A program made the position numbers and the translations under genes. A stretch of 64,000 bases of DNA from Chitinophagaceae bacterium (lineage in GTDB: Bacteria; Bacteroidota; Bacteroidia; Chitinophagales; Chitinophagaceae). The stretch is from assembly GCA_016720565.1 (NCBI GenBank), contig JADKKJ010000001.1, positions 744,929 through 808,928 of the forward strand. The letters are read 5' to 3'. Shown here piece after piece: positions 63,817-64,000 of this stretch; position 1 is the stretch's first letter; every line of letters begins with the position of its first letter. Below the pieces are notes generated by a model. That model did not search any database, was not told where the DNA came from, and saw only the letters and a program-made list of their open reading frames with translations.

Positions 63817-64000
63817 ATTCCTTTAGCTTGCGGTATAACGTTCTTTCGCTGATGCCCAGGTCCATAGCGGCATCTTTTCTTTTGCTTTTGTGTTTTTTAA
63901 GCGCCTTAATGATCAGTTCTTTTTCCTTATCCATGATGTTAAGGCTTTCTTCCACTTCTACATGATCGTGAATTTCGTTATTCATGATCACCGGCTGGCC
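63800..64000 (-). CDS. C-terminus of a sigma54-dependent Fis-family transcriptional activator (partial)
   Basis: Fis-type HTH KELIIKALKKH..RKDAAMDLGISERTLYRKLKEY; position upstream of lptE; the 5' part is outside the window. Confidence 0.85.
   Translation of the reverse strand, partial: GQPVIMNNEIHDHVEVEESLNIMDKEKELIIKALKKHKSKRKDAAMDLGISERTLYRKLKEYDIEE

Overview
Chromosomal backbone window from a Bacteroidota genome, most likely Chitinophagaceae-like. This is inferred from TAnnTTTG -7 promoter boxes, a T9SS C-terminal domain, type-B L31, DUF3276, PafA and the sigma54-activator/lptE/TPR/secG order. It holds about 57 protein genes (dnaE and a sigma54 activator are cut by the window edges) and two tRNAs (Ser-TGA, Pro-GGG). 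I saw no integrase, transposase, phage gene, rRNA or CRISPR array. The main points are: (1) a translationally coupled minus-strand operon headed by a dihydroorotase-fold protein that has lost its metal and catalytic ligands, followed by DUF4199, GT2, GT4 and a complete GDP-D-glycero-alpha-D-manno-heptose pathway (hddA, gmhA, hddC-gmhB fusion); (2) a complete 7-gene reductive pyrimidine catabolism operon with no local regulator; (3) two intra-operon elements made of a CAGGCAGG motif plus a stop-codon-containing heptamer array abutting a stop codon, and a third, octamer array; (4) a strongly codon-biased, apparently non-catalytic T9SS substrate; (5) a secreted CotH-kinase-like protein next to a PafA phosphatase; (6) a MutS2 lacking its Smr domain. 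All family calls come from motif recognition by eye; no database search was run.
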